A stretch of 64,000 nucleotides of DNA from Hyaloraphidium curvatum SAG 235-1 (Eukaryota > Fungi > Monoblepharomycota), in assembly GCA_025558095.1 (NCBI GenBank), contig JAIVFI010000047.1, forward strand, positions 42,421 through 106,420. Reading direction: 5' to 3'. Position 1 is the stretch's first letter. The number at the start of each line of letters is the position of its first letter. Below, piece by piece: positions 59,351 to 64,000 of this stretch. The notes beneath the pieces were generated by a model that was given only the letters and a program-made list of their open reading frames with translations, was not told where the DNA came from and searched no databases. The translations under genes and the position numbers were made by a program.

Positions 59351-59568
59351 TGTGGCGAATGGTAAAGCGGGGGCGACGCCGCTTCCTCTGCAGCGATGCG
59401 CATCACCATTCGTTGCGTCTTCTGACCATGGAAGGCTATTATTGATGCTATTGGATCTTGTCAGACTGTCTTCGAAACAATATGAGGAAGGGTGAAGCAT
59501 GCAGACCCTGTATCTCCAAGAGTCTCCTCAAACTCCGCCTTCGGACGGCAGCAACCCAGGCCGCCCGA

Positions 59569-60801
59569 ATGAACCGTCTTTCGCTCCTCGTGGAGCTCGC
59601 CTCCCCCTTTATAGCCCCCGATGTGCCCACGATGGCCGCGCTCCAGTCTTTCATCGCCGCGGACGGTCTCGAAGTGGACACGTCTCCCATGTGGCGGCTC
59701 GCGCTCCTGGACGGCAGCCCGAACGCGCTGCTTTCGTGCCTTCCGACGTATCTCGGGCGGCCGATGCCCGTGAACATTTTCGCCCGCTTCGTGGAGCCGG
59801 AGGACCTGAAGGCCTGCTCGGCCGACGCGTTTGCCCAAGTCGCCGGGCGGATACGCGACGCGCGATGGCAGCTGCTTGTACCGGACCACGCCTCCGAATC
59901 GGCCAACGCGGAGGGCGAAAGCGACCGGTGGGAAGACCGGAGGTGGGGCCGGCAGGAGGACGATGCGTTCGACTGGCGGCGCCTCGACGAGCGCGCCGCG
60001 GAGGTCACCCTCGGCCGCGCCGCGGGGGACCCGTACGCGGCTTACCTCGAGGAAGAGGTGTTCTCCGCGAAGCCGAGGAGGAGGCGGACGACCTCCGCCA
60101 GCCTGCGGCAGGAGGTCCTTTCGGCCGCCCTCCGGGAACGGGGCTACGAGGGGCTGGCGAAGCACCCTGCATCGCAGAGGTGGATCCTGGGCTACCTCCG
60201 CGGCTTCTTCGCCGACGCCGTCGGCCGCGTCCTCGACGAGCTCGAGACGATCGGGTTCCTCCTTGCGGAAACGCGGTACCCCGAGATCCTGGCGGCCGCG
60301 CTCGCGGAGGAAGGCGTGCGCCCGCGCTGGTTCGCCGGGAGGTTCGGGCAGCGGACGTACGACGCCGTTTGGAGCGCGGAAACGCGCGCCCGGGACGAGG
60401 CGGTCGCCGAGTACGTTGCCTACCGCGGCCCCGTGGGCCTGCCGCGCCGCGCTGCGTGGATCCACGAGGCGAAGGAGCGGGCCAAGGCCGCGAAAGCCGA
60501 GCAGGAGTACCGGACGGCCCGTCACCTTGCTCTGATGGCGGAACAGCGCAAGGCAAAGGAGGAGAGGCTGGCGCGGGAGGAGGCTGCCAAGGCCGACACG
60601 CGGGCCGCGGTCGTCGAGCGGCACCGTTTGGCCTTCGAAGCGCTCGCTTCGGACCCGGAAGCCGCCCCCGTGCCTCCGATCCACGGCCTGACCTCCAACG
60701 AGCGGGCCGCGCTGCACGGCTTTGCACAATCGCTGGGGCTGGAAACGTGGAGCGACGGGCCGCGGTGGTACAGGGTGTTGCACGTCGCGAGACGGGACTG
60801 A
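59569..60801 (+). CDS. Hypothetical protein with C-terminal R3H nucleic-acid-binding domain, intronless
   Basis: LTSNERAALHGFAQSLGLETWSDG..RVLHV (R-x3-H), preceded by a coiled coil. Confidence 0.7.
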   Translation: MNRLSLLVELASPFIAPDVPTMAALQSFIAADGLEVDTSPMWRLALLDGSPNALLSCLPTYLGRPMPVNIFARFVEPEDLKACSADAFAQVAGRIRDARWQLLVPDHASESANAEGESDRWEDRRWGRQEDDAFDWRRLDERAAEVTLGRAAGDPYAAYLEEEVFSAKPRRRRTTSASLRQEVLSAALRERGYEGLAKHPASQRWILGYLRGFFADAVGRVLDELETIGFLLAETRYPEILAAALAEEGVRPRWFAGRFGQRTYDAVWSAETRARDEAVAEYVAYRGPVGLPRRAAWIHEAKERAKAAKAEQEYRTARHLALMAEQRKAKEERLAREEAAKADTRAAVVERHRLAFEALASDPEAAPVPPIHGLTSNERAALHGFAQSLGLETWSDGPRWYRVLHVARRD

Positions 60802-61019
60802 TCTCGAGGGAGGGGACGGCGATCTTCCGTGATCCGATGGGCGGCCGTGGCTTGGGTGTGGGCGGTGGTCTTTGCGGGCAGATCGGGCTCCGTGGTCTCG
60901 GGAGGAGGAAAGTGCGAATCTTTGGAATGCGACGAGTTCTTAGGACGATGCAAAGCACGCAATGCTACTGTCCCATGCATTTTCATCACCTGTGCTGAAC
61001 CAAAGGCATCCCCAGAGTG

Positions 61020-62082
61020 TCAAACAGCGATGCAATCAACCGCTCTCGGCCCCGCGTCCACAGCGAGCCACGCACCCTGCCCCTCCGCCCCGCCATACCG
61101 ACCCCAGTCCCCAATGCGTTCCATCTCCCAGAACCACGGATGCGCCAGCGCCTCCGCGGCCGTTGCCCTCCGCCCCTGGTCCGGGCAAAGCATCCGTGTG
61201 ACGAGGTCCCCGAAACCGTGCGAGAACCCCGCGGGCAGCCCCGCCCAGCGGCACTCGCAGATGGCAGCAAACAGCCCGTGGAAGTCCTCCGCTTGCGCGA
61301 AAGGGGTGCGGCCGGTGGCCAGCTCAACGGCGATGCAGCCCGCCGCCCAGACGTCCACACCGCGGCCGTACGGCAGGCAGCGGACGATCTCGGGGGCGAG
61401 GTAGAACGGCGTGCCCGCCAGCTGCGAGAACTGGCCCTGCGCATCCGTGCCAAAGTCCCCGCAGATGCCGGCGTTGTCGAAATCGGCCAGCGCGAGGTCC
61501 GAAGGGTCCGCTTCGGGGCGGCGGAGGAGGATGTTGGAGGGTTTGAGGTCGCGGTGGGCGATGCCTCGCGAATGGAGGTACGCGAGACCGGAGAGTATGG
61601 AGCGGAGGACGGGGCGGATGAGGTGCTCGGGGAGGGGGCCGTGCAGGGTGAGATAGGTGCGGAGGTCCATCGCGCAGAGCTCCATGACGGTGTAGACCTG
61701 TCGGAGCGGGGCGGAGTAAATTCAGGCAAACACTCCAATCTTCCAGCGACGCAGATCACACCTTTGACCGGGTCTCGAACATCTCGAACACGCGGCAGAC
61801 GTTCGGGTGGTTCAGCGACGACAGGGCACCGAACCGGTGCCGCGCCGCCCTGCGCTCGGCGGCGTCCGCGGGGCACCACACGCTCTTGACGGCGACCTCG
61901 CGCCTGTTGTCGAGGCACACCGCGGCGCGCACGCGGCCGGACGCCCCGCTGCCGAGAGTGGCCCCGGACGCGATGCGGCGGCGGCGTGCGCGGCCGGCGG
62001 CAAACAGCGCGGCGTCGGCGGCAGGCGGAGCGGGCAATGAGGCCGGTGGAGCCTCTCCGCCGCTCGCGCTCGTGAGCGCCAT
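61020..62082 (-). CDS. Ser/Thr protein kinase (CAMK-like) with DFD motif
   Basis: LGSGASG, VAVK, LNHPNV, HRDLKPSNIL, ADFD, GTPFYLAPE, DVWAAG; one intron near 61700-61761. Confidence 0.9.
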
Positions 62083-62780
62083 CGTGTTTGCCGGGGGTTC
62101 GGGTTCGATCAGGTGCTACGATGGGTGGCACTGCTCTGGCGGCGGGTGCCCGCAACAATTCGTCGGACTCCGCCCGGTCAGGTGCACGCGGCCGGCCCCG
62201 CGGCGCCCCTCTATTCACACAGTAGCCTTCTCGATGGTCCATTCGCACGTTTGCAATCTATCCCGCCCTTTCCCCGGCGCTTCGCCGGCCAGAAACGAGG
62301 GAGCTGCCGGGGGTGTCGAACCACGCGCTGACGCACAGCCACCACGCCCGGCGCACATGGCCCCGCTCACGGCAGGATTGTCCAACCCAACCGCGGACCT
62401 GCCCCGCACTATGCCGGCAGCTATGTTCCTCTCGGGACTATCGTTTGGCCGCGATTGGCCTCGCCGGACTGCCCGTAGCGGCGGCTTCCTTCGCTCGGGC
62501 CCGAAGGCACAGCACCGGCCACCCCGCCGACACCCCCGGTACCCGCCGATCCAGGCCAGGGCCTGACCTGACCTCGAACGAGAGGTCCGTGCTGCACCGC
62601 TTTCCACGTGGAGCGCCGGGGTGGGCGCGGGCCGGGAGCCGGAGGGGAGACCCGCCCTGCCAGGTGATTCGGCGAGCCACCGGCAGATGCACGGCGACCG
62701 CAAGCTCGGGACCTTTTGCTTTTGCTTTGTTCATGTTGCTTGATCCTCTTTGCAAATGCTGCAACATTCGATGTCAGCTG

Positions 62781-63194
62781 TGAGCCGGAGGCGGAATAGA
62801 CGGCGCGGCGATCGCGATTCTTGCCACCTTTGGCTTCATTACACGGCCACCTCCTAGTCAACCAACGGGCAGAAGCTCTCCATCGTGAAGAACACCCCCA
62901 GGGATCGAAACACGCTCCACAGAGCCACAGAGAGGGTGACCATCGTGACCACCATGGTCCGCACGCCTCCGTAGGTGACGGTGAATCCCAGAATCTTGGC
63001 GCTGTACCGCGACACCTCGAGGAACGAGCCAATGACGCGGTCGTGCTGCTCCAGCGCGGCGGCGAGAGGGGTCGGTCCGAGCTTGAGGCACGCCGTGCGG
63101 AGGTCCCGCCGGGCATCGTGGTATGCCGATGCGACGACGGAGATGAGGTTGTTGCGCGAGGCGAGGTTGATGGCGTTGATGAGCATGTAGACGA
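62781..63194 (-). repeat. Near-identical inverted repeat arm 2 (partner at 41993-42395)
   Basis: Reverse complement matches 41993-42395. Confidence 0.9.
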
Positions 63195-64000
63195 GGACAA
63201 TGGAAAGGCAAAAGAGGAGCCATGCGGGAATGCAGGACCCGACGCCCTGACGGATGGCGGAAGCGCTAGATCAGTCCCAGATTGTCTTCCCCGAATCGTG
63301 TGTCACTCACGACATTGACAATGATTGTGATTACAATCAGAGGAAACATGATGACAAACACGGAGTTGCTGAGCAGTGTCTGGTCCTGCATCTCGCGCAC
63401 TTTGCACCAAGCTGCGAAGCCGTGGTGAAGCCGAACGTACAGCCAAGGCTCTGACCCGGTCGGCCGGTCCCCGAGTGCAGTTTGCAGCATGGATCTCATG
63501 GAGAGGACGACAGCACGATGGTGCAGCCGCGCTTCGAGCCTCGCGGACGCGACGTTGGTCACCCCGACAAAGCGAGCTGCAGAGTTCATGAAGGATGCCA
63601 CGGCGACACAAACTGCAGGTTGGAGATATGTGAGTCAGCAGAGTCATTCCTGCGACGGGCGTGCGATGGCCTGACTGTAGATGGCCCCGAGAACACAACC
63701 CCACCACGTGGACAAGAGTTTGGAGCCAAAAGTGATCCACGTGGTCCATCCGGCAGTGAAGGTGAAAAGGAATGAGAACAAGAAGTTGTAAACGATATCC
63801 AAGAAGGTCATGCAAGCTGCAAGCCGCTGAATATTGCCAACGCAGCCGGAACACGGACAGAACCGGTCGCCCCTCTTCGTGCGCGACGAGGAAGAGGCTT
63901 CCATCGAATGACCCCACGACCAGGTTTTGGCCCTTCTTCCTTCCTCGTCAGCTGCAGCCATCTGCAGAGCACCGCCGGGGCGGCGAAATCCAGCACCTTT
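62854..64000 (-). pseudogene. Disrupted 7-TM (7TMIC/GRL-like) family paralog; 5' end outside the window
   Basis: VLDFAAPAVLCRWLQLTRKE, CPCSGC, GSCIPAW, and the same C-terminus as the 41 kb copy. Two +1 insertions (near 63915 and in the G-run at 63870-63873). Confidence 0.75.

Noticed and set aside
53666-59365. 1899-aa plus-strand ORF and other long overlapping Arg/Gly/Ala-rich ORFs
   Set aside because: Shadow or alternate-frame ORFs produced by extreme GC; the real genes, with recognisable motifs, lie in other frames.
41993-63194. Inverted repeats as terminal repeats of a large transposon or Starship-like element
   Set aside because: The arms are coding exons of paralogous genes, no transposase or recombinase lies between them, and the interior holds core genes such as ABCF2.
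1-64000. CRISPR arrays, tRNA/rRNA genes, prokaryotic operons
   Set aside because: No repeat-spacer arrays or tRNA/rRNA signatures seen; the sequence is spliceosomal-intron-rich eukaryotic DNA.

Overview
Eukaryotic, GC-rich, gene-dense genomic DNA with many short (~50-60 nt) GT-AG introns. Gene content (Tup1, Whi5/Nrm1-like, HSF1, ADE16/17, KGD1) points to a fungus, probably an early-diverging chytrid-type lineage (inference only). About 30 genes are supportable. The conserved ones are PLP1/TXNDC9-like, THI80, TUP1, Yip1-domain, TMX thioredoxin, ADE16/17, MSH5, acyl-CoA oxidase, KGD1, HSF1, a Nudix hydrolase, ABCF2/ARB1, an SDR, an ABM protein, a bestrophin and a kinase. They are interleaved with lineage-specific material. 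Most notable: (1) three members of an unannotated 7-TM family whose helix/loop layout and TM7 motif resemble the gustatory/odorant-receptor-like ion channel (7TMIC) superfamily; one is intact and two are disrupted and share a near-identical inverted 3' block; (2) three secreted genes sharing one Cys-rich N-terminal module (SCxDC..FC..TPEG) fused to unrelated C-termini; (3) a head-to-head pair of intronless GT8-like and O-fucosyltransferase-like genes; (4) bacterial-looking pieces (GH10 tail, myxobacterial-style Cys-rich region, lower-GC DUF900-type hydrolase); (5) a Whi5/Nrm1-like gene with tandem MCB boxes. No tRNA, rRNA, CRISPR or intact transposon was recognised. Exon boundaries were inferred by eye and no database searches were run.
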